Assembly (NCBI GenBank): GCA_963665845.2
Contig: OY762492.1
Coordinates: 1 to 64,000 of the forward strand
Reading direction: 5' to 3'
DNA: 64,000 nt
DNA from: Candidatus Poribacteria bacterium
Lineage (GTDB): Bacteria > Poribacteria > WGA-4E > GCA-2687025
Positions 48,004-55,480 of this stretch are shown piece after piece (within the stretch, counting starts at the first letter, position 1; every line of letters starts with the position of its first letter). The translations under genes were made by a program, and so were the position numbers. The notes beneath the pieces were generated by a model. The model made no database searches. It worked only from the letters and a program-made list of their open reading frames with translations, and was not told the DNA's origin.

Positions 48004-49323
48004 TTACCGCGGGGGAGGCGCGGCAGGCGGTCCGTCAGAACGCTTGCGAAGACGGCGGCGCTCCGCCTCCGCCTCCGACTGGTAAAGATCATACAACTCC
48101 TTCAGTTGCAAAATGGAACGTTCCTCATCCGTTAAACCTTCGCCGGTCTGTTCCCGCTTGATCAAATCCAATAGGACTTGCAATTCGGGAGCGGAGATAC
48201 GCGGATTGGTTGACGGCCGCTTCGTCGCAGGCGCTTCAAAGTCTGGCGGAGGCGGAAGGGCGAGAGGGGATGGCTCCTTCGGTCCCGTTTCCGTTGGCGT
48301 TGGATCTGGACTTTGTTTATGTCCGACAGGATCTGGCGAACGCCCTGGCGGAGGCGCAACCGTCTTTGAAGGCGACGGCGCAGAATTCCAAGCCGACGGA
48401 CGCTCCAACCAAGCGGCCATTAATCCGTAGAGCGCGTCCTCAAATTGCATCCGCCCGTTAGGCGTTTGCATAACTTCATCTAAAATCGTTTGTTGAGCGG
48501 AGGTCGGGTTCGTCAAAAGCCCGTACATTCCTTCAACTAGGGGCTGCAATTCCTCATCGCTAAGATGCTTGAACGACTCTGCTGGATCCAGCGCCGCAGG
48601 CGCCTCCCCATGAGGAAGCTCTTGGCCGTCTTCTCCGATATAGACCACCTTGACGCCGGGAGGAGCCATGCCGCGGTGAATAACGTTGTGGTAGTCTTCG
48701 TCGGATAAAAGCTCTGCGTCTGCCCCGTCCTTGTAGCGGAACGCGTCCTGATTATAGGCAACGCCTCCCCCTTCAAAGATCGTCATTTGGGACATATCCA
48801 CATAGATAGTCGGGTCTCGAGGGCGTGAATCGCCCAGAGTTTCGTCCCATACATATTCTATGTACATGGGAGTGCCGAGAGGAGGGTGAAGGGTTTTCGG
48901 CAACGGCGCGTCGGCAAGCGCGACGCCTTGCCTCCAAAGCTCCTTGTATTCTTTCATAAGATAATCGGTCGTAATCTCTTCAATGTCGCTCGTATGCGGC
49001 CAGCCATCCTGCTTGCGTTCCACAAAAAAGTCGGCAAGATTTTCCTTGATCTGTTTTTCCCAAACGCTCCATTTTTCGTAATGGAACTTGAAGCCGTACT
49101 TTTCGCCGGCTTTGTCGAGAAGGTCGGCGTACGGCATCTCTTTGTTTTCTTTGGAGGAGGAGACGGCCGCCGTCTGCGCATTTTTGATTTTGACAGGGGG
49201 CGTTTGAAGAGCCTCCGTCTCTGGAGCAGGCGCGCTTTCTGAACTCGTCCACCGGCCGACCAGATAAGCTGCAACCGCCAGCAATACGATTCCGACAGCG
49301 ACAAGGGGTTTATTTTTCAGCAT
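48004..49323 (-). CDS. Hypothetical membrane-anchored protein with Pro-rich region
   Basis: 439-aa ORF; N-terminal TM; Pro-rich linker; no recognised domain. Confidence 0.75.
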   Translation of the reverse strand: MLKNKPLVAVGIVLLAVAAYLVGRWTSSESAPAPETEALQTPPVKIKNAQTAAVSSSKENKEMPYADLLDKAGEKYGFKFHYEKWSVWEKQIKENLADFFVERKQDGWPHTSDIEEITTDYLMKEYKELWRQGVALADAPLPKTLHPPLGTPMYIEYVWDETLGDSRPRDPTIYVDMSQMTIFEGGGVAYNQDAFRYKDGADAELLSDEDYHNVIHRGMAPPGVKVVYIGEDGQELPHGEAPAALDPAESFKHLSDEELQPLVEGMYGLLTNPTSAQQTILDEVMQTPNGRMQFEDALYGLMAAWLERPSAWNSAPSPSKTVAPPPGRSPDPVGHKQSPDPTPTETGPKEPSPLALPPPPDFEAPATKRPSTNPRISAPELQVLLDLIKREQTGEGLTDEERSILQLKELYDLYQSEAEAERRRLRKRSDGPPAAPPPR

Positions 49324-49387
49324 CGCTCGGTTTCCTAGATCAACTGGACCGTACCGAAGAATACCGCAGCTTTTTCAATCGCGCAAC

Positions 49388-49514
49388 CTGACCTCATGTC
49401 TAAAGTCGGGACATTTCGCCTGGCGAACGCGGACGTCTTCTGCGGCGCCTCTAGATTCCCGCGCGTTTTACCGCGGGGGCGGGAATGACGGCGAGTGGGA
49501 CGCGTCATTCCCGC
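49388..49514 (+). repeat. Modular palindromic repeat, long-loop variant plus extra inverted half-site
   Basis: AACGCGGACGTCTTCTGCGGCGCCTCTAGATTCCCGC identical to 12116-12152. Confidence 0.85.
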
Positions 49515-49530
49515 TGGTTGCCGCGGTTCG

Positions 49531-50283
49531 TCACGACGCCCCAACTTTAGGGGCGGTGTCGGCGATTTCGCTGCTCACATCGATCTCGTCCAGACCAAAG
49601 AGGGACGACTCCTCCTTTGCGGCGATCCGCCCGTTTTCTAGGTAGAGCGTCTCGTCGCAGGCGTCCGCCAGCTCCAGGTCATGCGTCGCCGTGAGAACGG
49701 CGATGCCGTCCTGCGCAAGCTCCTTGAAGAGGCCGCTGACGGCGCCGCGCATGGAGGTCTCTAAGCTGCCGGTTGGTTCGTCCGCGATGAGTATCTTGGG
49801 CGCGTTGACGACCGCTCTTGCGATGGCGACGCGCTGCCGGTCGCCGCTGTTCAGCTGCGACGCCGGCAGATTCCGTTTCCCGCTCAGCCCGACCCGTTCG
49901 AGCGTCTCGTCAACGCGCTTTCGGTCGAGCTTTTGACGCGAAAACAGGGTCGGGAGAAGCGCGTTTTCTTCAGCCGTCAGCGTCGGTATGAGATGAAAAC
50001 GCTGAAAGATGAAGCCGATCGTGTTGCGCCGAATCGCCGTCAGCTCCCGTTCGGAAGCGTTGGCGACATTCCGCCCGTTGATCCAAAGCTCTCCCTCCGA
50101 CGGCGAGTCGAGGCATGCAATCAGGTTCAGGAGCGTCGATTTGCCGGACCCTGACGGACCCGCCAGCGCCGTGACAGTACCTTCCTGCAGCTGAACATCG
50201 ACCCCGTCCAGAGCGCGCACGGTTTCGGACCCGCGCTCATACCGTTTTTTCAGTTGGATTCCTTCGGCGGCAAATTTGCTCAT
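49531..50283 (-). CDS. ABC ATPase (LolD/MacB-type) with degenerate signature
   Basis: 'GPSGSGKS', signature 'LNSGD', 'ADEPTGSL', 'ATHD'. Confidence 0.93.
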   Translation of the reverse strand: MSKFAAEGIQLKKRYERGSETVRALDGVDVQLQEGTVTALAGPSGSGKSTLLNLIACLDSPSEGELWINGRNVANASERELTAIRRNTIGFIFQRFHLIPTLTAEENALLPTLFSRQKLDRKRVDETLERVGLSGKRNLPASQLNSGDRQRVAIARAVVNAPKILIADEPTGSLETSMRGAVSGLFKELAQDGIAVLTATHDLELADACDETLYLENGRIAAKEESSLFGLDEIDVSSEIADTAPKVGAS

Positions 50284-50948
50284 GCTGTCCTCCTTTCCTC
50301 ACTGATGACGCCGTCCCGCAGATGCGCAACGCGGTCGGCGAGCGCGGCGAGCTTCGCGTTGTGCGTCGCGGCGACGACCGCAAGCCCCTGCGAATCCGCC
50401 AACTTGCGGAACAGCTGAAAGACCGCCAGCGAGTTCAGCACATCCAGATTCCCGGTCGGCTCGTCCGCAAGCAGAACCTTGGGGCGGTTCACCAACGCGC
50501 GCGCAATCGCCGTACGCTGCATTTCCCCGCCGCTCATTTCAGGCGGGCGGTGATCTTTTCGATGCTCAAGCCCGACCGCTTCCAGCAGCTCATGCGCGAT
50601 CCGCCCATTCTTTTTTCGGCTAAAGAACAGCGGCATTTCCACATTTTCCAGCGCGGTCAGATTCGGCAGCAGGTGGAACTCCTGAAAGACGAACCCGACC
50701 GTCTCTTGGCGCATCTTCGCGCGCTCTTTTTCGCTTTCGCTCCATGTTTGCCCGTTCACTTCGGCGGAGCCTTCCGTCGGCGCGTCCAGCCCGCCCAGCA
50801 GGTTGAGCAGCGTCGTTTTGCCGGCGCCGGAAGGTCCCATCACGACCACAAACTCGCCCGCCGACGCCTCAAAGTCCGCCTTTTTAAGGGCGTGTATCGA
50901 CTCGTTCGGCAGACGGTACGTTTTGCTGAGCTGCGCCGCTTTCACCAT
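50280..50948 (-). CDS. ABC ATPase (LolD/MacB-type)
   Basis: 'GPSGAGKT', 'MSGGE', 'ADEPTGNLD', 'ATHN'. Confidence 0.94.
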   Translation of the reverse strand: MVKAAQLSKTYRLPNESIHALKKADFEASAGEFVVVMGPSGAGKTTLLNLLGGLDAPTEGSAEVNGQTWSESEKERAKMRQETVGFVFQEFHLLPNLTALENVEMPLFFSRKKNGRIAHELLEAVGLEHRKDHRPPEMSGGEMQRTAIARALVNRPKVLLADEPTGNLDVLNSLAVFQLFRKLADSQGLAVVAATHNAKLAALADRVAHLRDGVISEERRTA

Positions 50949-50949
50949 C

Positions 50950-52125
50950 TCATGTCCCTTTCCGAATCGCTTCAATCGGGCGCATGGAGGCGGCGCGCGC
51001 CGCAGGATAAAGCCCCGCCGCCATGCCCAGCAATACCGCCCCGCCGGCGCATGCGGCCATCAAGCCGACCGTGATCGACATGATCGGACCGTTCGGCGCG
51101 TAGGTGAGCGCGTTGCGCACAAGCGACTCCACAATTTGCGCCGCCGCCAGCGCCAGGACGCATCCGATAAAACCGCCCGCGGCGCAGATCAGCGTCGTTT
51201 CGGACCAGATCAACCTGAAGATGTCCGCCTTGGAGGCGCCCATCGCTTTCATGATTCCGATCTCCTGCGTCCGCTCAAAAACCGACATGAGAATCGTGTT
51301 GATGACGCCGACCGCGGCGACGATGAGCGCAATCGCGGCGACCGACATGACCAGTATGCGCGCGCTTGACACAAGACCCATGATCGTCTGTTTCACCCGC
51401 GCCATCGTGACCACCTGTATGTCGGGTATTTCGTACATGTCCGCTTCAAACGCGCTTGTCGCGTTCAGTTCTTTCAGCTTGACGCCGACGCCGGTCAGCT
51501 TGTTTTCAAGATGCGGAAAAATGCTCTGCAGCGTTTCCATACGGACAAAAGCCATCGCGTCGTCCTGCGATCCGCTTCGTTCAAAGACGCCGACAACTTT
51601 GAGCGTCTCTTCTGTGCCGTGAACGAGTATGAAATCGCCTGGGCTCCGCTGGTCAAGTTCGGCGGCTTCATACCCAAGAACGACCTCGCCGGCCGCGCCG
51701 GGCGTGAGCCATTCTCCCTCTTTGAATTGCATCCACGGCTTCAACTGCCGATAGGCGTCCGTCACCCCCATGTAGATGCCGGTCGCTTCGCGGTCAGGGT
51801 CGTATGAAGCATGGAGCAGCTGCGGCATAAACTTGTCGACGCGCGGATCGCTCATGATGACCTGCGCCGTCTCTTCGCTGATGTAGGTCGGGTCGACGCC
51901 GCCGGCAAGCATCATCGTCGCGGCTTCGTAGGGGCAGCCCTTCGCCGTGACGAGCATCTGGTAGCCGAGCCTGTCGACATCGTCTTCGAGCGCGTTCTGG
52001 TAGCCGTTGTTGAACCCAAGCAGGCTCACCAGAACCGCCGCGGAGGCCGCGACGCCCGCGAGCGTCAAGGCGGTGCGCGTCTTTCGGCGGAACAGGTTTT
52101 TCCAGCTCAGTTTGAAAAAGCGCAT
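50950..52125 (-). CDS. ABC permease, MacB/FtsX family
   Basis: 'WKNLFRRKTRTALT', periplasmic domain with 'KGCPYEA', 'SVFERTQEIGIMKAMGA', 'YPAARAA'. Confidence 0.93.
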   Translation of the reverse strand: MRFFKLSWKNLFRRKTRTALTLAGVAASAAVLVSLLGFNNGYQNALEDDVDRLGYQMLVTAKGCPYEAATMMLAGGVDPTYISEETAQVIMSDPRVDKFMPQLLHASYDPDREATGIYMGVTDAYRQLKPWMQFKEGEWLTPGAAGEVVLGYEAAELDQRSPGDFILVHGTEETLKVVGVFERSGSQDDAMAFVRMETLQSIFPHLENKLTGVGVKLKELNATSAFEADMYEIPDIQVVTMARVKQTIMGLVSSARILVMSVAAIALIVAAVGVINTILMSVFERTQEIGIMKAMGASKADIFRLIWSETTLICAAGGFIGCVLALAAAQIVESLVRNALTYAPNGPIMSITVGLMAACAGGAVLLGMAAGLYPAARAASMRPIEAIRKGT

Positions 52126-52143
52126 GTCGTCTCTCCTTTCGCT

Positions 52144-52545
52144 TTATTCGATCGTGTTGCCGAGGCCGAGGATATAAACGGGGGCGTCTTCGGTGAATCG
52201 AACGCGCCCCTGAACGACCGATCTCTTCCCCGCCGAATTTTTGGGGATGGCGTAGGAATCTGACCGCATTTCAAGGTCCACCTTGATCTGCTGCGTCTCG
52301 TCGGCGATGTTGAACCAGCAGCCATGCTCTGGACACACCTTCGCGATCTTGCCTTCGACGCGGACGATTTTGTCATGGTACTCTTCAGGGTTGTTGAGAA
52401 TGTCGGCGATGGCCGTGGTTTCCGTTAAGTCGACCGCTTTCCCGTAGGACTTCTCGCCGGACTTTCCGCAGCCAATCAGAAGCGCGGCGGAGGCGAGAGC
52501 GATGACGAAGAAGCTGTTGCGGAGCGTTGCGGGGCGAATGTTCAT
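52144..52545 (-). CDS. DUF4920-like OB-fold lipoprotein
   Basis: Lipobox 'LIGC'; 'VRVEGKIAKVCPEHGCWF'. Confidence 0.75.
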   Translation of the reverse strand: MNIRPATLRNSFFVIALASAALLIGCGKSGEKSYGKAVDLTETTAIADILNNPEEYHDKIVRVEGKIAKVCPEHGCWFNIADETQQIKVDLEMRSDSYAIPKNSAGKRSVVQGRVRFTEDAPVYILGLGNTIE

Positions 52546-52630
52546 TTTGAGTTTCCCTTTCTTGCTTTCAAGGAACTGTTACCGCGCTTTCGTTCAGGTT
52601 GAAAAGTCGGTTTTCAAAGCGTCCATGGTT

Positions 52631-52720
52631 TCAGTTCCTGGCAGGCGTCAAGGCGGCGCGCGTCTTTCGGCGAAGCAGGTTTTTCCAGCTCAATTTGAAA
52701 ACGCGCGCGCCTTGCTCCTT
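52631..52720 (-). pseudogene. Relic copy of the 5' end of the ABC permease gene
   Basis: Reads ARVFKLSWKNLLRRKTRAALTPARN*, vs permease MRFFKLSWKNLFRRKTRTALT; AAAGGAG RBS retained, ATG replaced by GCG. Confidence 0.8.
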
Positions 52721-52725
52721 TCTGG

Positions 52726-53172
52726 TCACCGGATCGTGTTGCCCATGCCGATGAGTTGTATGGCTCCGTTGGACACGCGAACGCTGGCTTGAACCGACGC
52801 TTCTTTCCCCTTGGAACCCTTCGGAATCACGTACGGGTCGCTGCCCGCATCCAAGACCACCTTGATGCGCTCGGTGCCGTCGGCGATATAGAACCAGCAT
52901 CCCGACATCTGGCACACCTGGCCAATCTCGCCTTCTACGCGGACCGTCTTGCCGTCGTACGCTTCCGCGTTCTTTTTAATGTCGGCAATCGTTGATGTTT
53001 CGGTGACGGTGATCTCCTTGCCGTAAAGAACCCCGTCAGCAGCTTTCTCTTTAGAAGTGGACGTTTCGGGCGCGTCAGCGCCGTTCGTTTCCTTGTCTTT
53101 GGATTTTCCGCAGCCGGCAATCAGCGCAACGGAAATGACGAAAGCGGCGGCGAGAAAAAGGTTGCGTCGCAT
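52726..53172 (-). CDS. DUF4920-like OB-fold lipoprotein (paralog)
   Basis: Lipobox 'IAGC'; 'VRVEGEIGQVCQMSGCWF'; clearly similar to 52144-52545. Confidence 0.75.
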   Translation of the reverse strand: MRRNLFLAAAFVISVALIAGCGKSKDKETNGADAPETSTSKEKAADGVLYGKEITVTETSTIADIKKNAEAYDGKTVRVEGEIGQVCQMSGCWFYIADGTERIKVVLDAGSDPYVIPKGSKGKEASVQASVRVSNGAIQLIGMGNTIR

Positions 53173-53249
53173 GTTTCGGTTCCCTTTCTTTTGAAGGAAT
53201 GGTCGCTCGTTCTTTGGTTTCTGGTTGAAAGAGTTTGGAGCCGCTCCTT

Positions 53250-53882
53250 TCATTTCTCTTTCTTGATTTCATGGAATTGCTTGTCGTATTTGCGGTCCAG
53301 GTTGAAAAAGTCGGCGTAGATCAGGTTTTTGCGAACCGCGCGAACGGTCGCTTTGAAGTCGACAGCGCTTTTTTCGTTCGGCGAACGCAGAGCCGCCGCC
53401 TTTTTGGCGTTCAGGTAGAAGTCGCCGAGCGTCAGGTCTTTGAACTGAAGCAGCGTCTCTTCCGTCTTCAACGCTTTCGCGTGCGGCGACACGACCCGCT
53501 GGTACGACACCTTCAGGATCTTCCCCTCCAGATCCAGCGCTGTGAACACCTGCATCGCGCCGAATTGCCCTTTCTGGTTCACCCCAGAGACATAGCCGAT
53601 CGGCTTTTCCCCTTTGAGAACCACATAGGTGGTGTGTTCCAGGTCTGCAGGCTCATATTTTTTGTCCAGTTTGTCGCCGAGACGCGCCTCAAATTCTTTG
53701 ATCAGCGTCTCTCCGCCCGCCTCTTTGAGCGAGCTGACGACCGTTTTGTAACCGGTCGATTCAGGAAAAAACTTGCGGATGTCCCTGTCCGGCTTTTGAA
53801 GTTTGCATGCCGTGATCGCGTCGGCGCCGTTCGGCAGCGCGGCGGCGATCATGAAGGCGGCAAACAGAGCGATTCGTTTCAT
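53250..53882 (-). CDS. Secreted protein with FMN_bind (RnfG/NosR-like) fold resemblance
   Basis: Signal peptide; 'IGYVSGVNQKGQFGAMQVFTALDLEGKILKV'; no canonical [S/T]GAT flavinylation motif. Confidence 0.6.
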   Translation of the reverse strand: MKRIALFAAFMIAAALPNGADAITACKLQKPDRDIRKFFPESTGYKTVVSSLKEAGGETLIKEFEARLGDKLDKKYEPADLEHTTYVVLKGEKPIGYVSGVNQKGQFGAMQVFTALDLEGKILKVSYQRVVSPHAKALKTEETLLQFKDLTLGDFYLNAKKAAALRSPNEKSAVDFKATVRAVRKNLIYADFFNLDRKYDKQFHEIKKEK

Positions 53883-53894
53883 GGGGCATTCCTT

Positions 53895-54860
53895 TCAAAA
53901 TGCAGTGTGAAGAAGCATGAGAAGAGCGGGGCGGCGCAGGTCCGTCAACTCTTGGGTGAACGCCGCCTCCCACGCAAACGAGAGCGGACCGCCGCTGAAT
54001 TCTCGGCGCAGCGAGGCGATTGCCCACGCCGCGTCCTGATGAGCGCGCGCGCTGACGGTCAACCGCCACGGGTCCATCGGACGAACGGCGGTCGCTTCGC
54101 CCGCATAAAGCCGCTTGCCGTTTCTCTGCCCGACCGACAGCTCCAAGCGCGGTTCAATCGTTCCGTTGAAGGCGAAGAGGACGGTTTGCAGGTCGAACGC
54201 GGCGCGCTGCTCCCCGTCTTGAATCGACGCGCCGTTCTGATGTTTCCACAGCGCCGAGACGCCGTATTGCATGACGCCGTCCGAATAAGGCTGAACGCGC
54301 GCGGACGCCGTCCATTCGCCTGCTTTCTTGTCGAACGGGTTGCGTTGGTTTCCTCCAAGAACAGCCGCTTCGTAGTCGAAGCTGTCCAGCTGCCCGTTCA
54401 GCGAGGCTCCCCATCGGCGCGCCGGTATTCCGTTCGACATGGACAAGCTGGGTATCAGCTCTCGGTGAAAATCGATAACGGGGTTCAGTCCGAACGGCGT
54501 TTTGAACCGTCCGAGGCGCAGGTTGGCGCGCCCGTTCAGCCCTCTTAAGTTGATGTAGGCGTCATGGATTTCGGCGCCCCAGTCGCCGCTTCTCTGCATG
54601 AAGCGGTTGTCCATGGCGAGGTTTTGCGTATGCGCATACCGCAGCTGCAGGGCGGCGGTCGCCCAGTCGCCGCTCTCGGTCGCCAGTATCTGTACGACTT
54701 CGATGCCGGCGGCGGCGCGGAGGGAGCTGACCAGCTCGTTGTCGGCGCGCGCGCCGCCGGCAGCGAGATAAAGCTCGCCGCTTGCCGTTCCCTCGGCATG
54801 AGCGAACGCGGCGGCCGCCATGCAGGCGGCGTATGTGAGTGTCCAAAGCGGTTTCCGCAT
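53895..54860 (-). CDS. Putative outer-membrane beta-barrel/porin
   Basis: Signal peptide; 'IHDAYINL..NLRLGRFKTPFG' porin-like motif; alternating strands; C-terminal Phe. Confidence 0.7.
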   Translation of the reverse strand: MRKPLWTLTYAACMAAAAFAHAEGTASGELYLAAGGARADNELVSSLRAAAGIEVVQILATESGDWATAALQLRYAHTQNLAMDNRFMQRSGDWGAEIHDAYINLRGLNGRANLRLGRFKTPFGLNPVIDFHRELIPSLSMSNGIPARRWGASLNGQLDSFDYEAAVLGGNQRNPFDKKAGEWTASARVQPYSDGVMQYGVSALWKHQNGASIQDGEQRAAFDLQTVLFAFNGTIEPRLELSVGQRNGKRLYAGEATAVRPMDPWRLTVSARAHQDAAWAIASLRREFSGGPLSFAWEAAFTQELTDLRRPALLMLLHTAF

Positions 54861-54926
54861 GATAGGAAACGCCTTCTGTTGCGCAATGAAAGATGAAGGT
54901 TGTTGAAGCGCGCCGGTCTTGTTGAA

Positions 54927-55337
54927 TTAGACGGGGGGCGCTCTAGAGGGGTGGGCGGCGCGTCGAGGCGGAGGAGGAGGAAGCGCGCGGGATTCAAGAC
55001 AGGAGGAAGAGGCAGAAACGGGCGCGTTCAAGGCGGCGGCGCATTCGGTCATGCCAAGATCGAAGGAAGCGCCTATGTTCACCGTTTGCGCGGGGACAAC
55101 AGGCGCATGCTCGGCGCTCTCTTCAACGGAGCAATCGCTAGAGCAGAGCGGCTCTGCCGTCCCGCAACAGCAGGCGGCGGACCCCGTCGGCGAAACGTCG
55201 GCATAGGACGCCAGAAGGACCGCCGTCGGGAGAGTCGCCATCGCCGCTAAAATCAGAAAAATAGCGGCGGCATGTTGAACGCGCTGATGGTTCTTTGTGC
55301 GCATCGTTCCGCTCATGTGTATCGTCATGCCGTTCAC
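54927..55337 (-). CDS. Cys-rich leader protein ending in RAPP (DUF2946/CruR-like); start uncertain (55337-55304)
   Basis: Hydrophobic N-terminal helix, 'ACCCG..LCSSDC', Pro-rich tail 'PPPPPRRAAHPSRAPPV*'; stop 66 nt before the porin ATG. Confidence 0.65.
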   Translation of the reverse strand: MNGMTIHMSGTMRTKNHQRVQHAAAIFLILAAMATLPTAVLLASYADVSPTGSAACCCGTAEPLCSSDCSVEESAEHAPVVPAQTVNIGASFDLGMTECAAALNAPVSASSSCLESRALPPPPPRRAAHPSRAPPV

Positions 55338-55478
55338 TTTATTTATAACATGCGACGGGCGGGCGAGTCAAGCGTTTCACGATTTTTATGCTCGCCGCTC
55401 CCCTCATGCGCTTCGTCATGCCGTTCACTTTATTTATAACATGCGGCGGGCGGGCGAGTCAAGCGTTTCACGATTTTT
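55322..55478. repeat. 66-bp direct repeat x2 (55322-55387, 55413-55478), each carrying a minus-strand promoter
   Basis: One mismatch between copies; each has TTGACT-18 nt-TATAAA with TG extended -10. Confidence 0.9.
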
Positions 55479-55480
55479 GA

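Noticed and set aside
53250-53882. Flavinylated extracellular electron-transfer protein
   Set aside because: No [S/T]GA[S/T] flavinylation motif and no apbE nearby; only the fold resemblance is kept
53235-54548. 437-aa plus-strand ORF
   Set aside because: Antisense to two well-formed secreted-protein genes; no recognisable features
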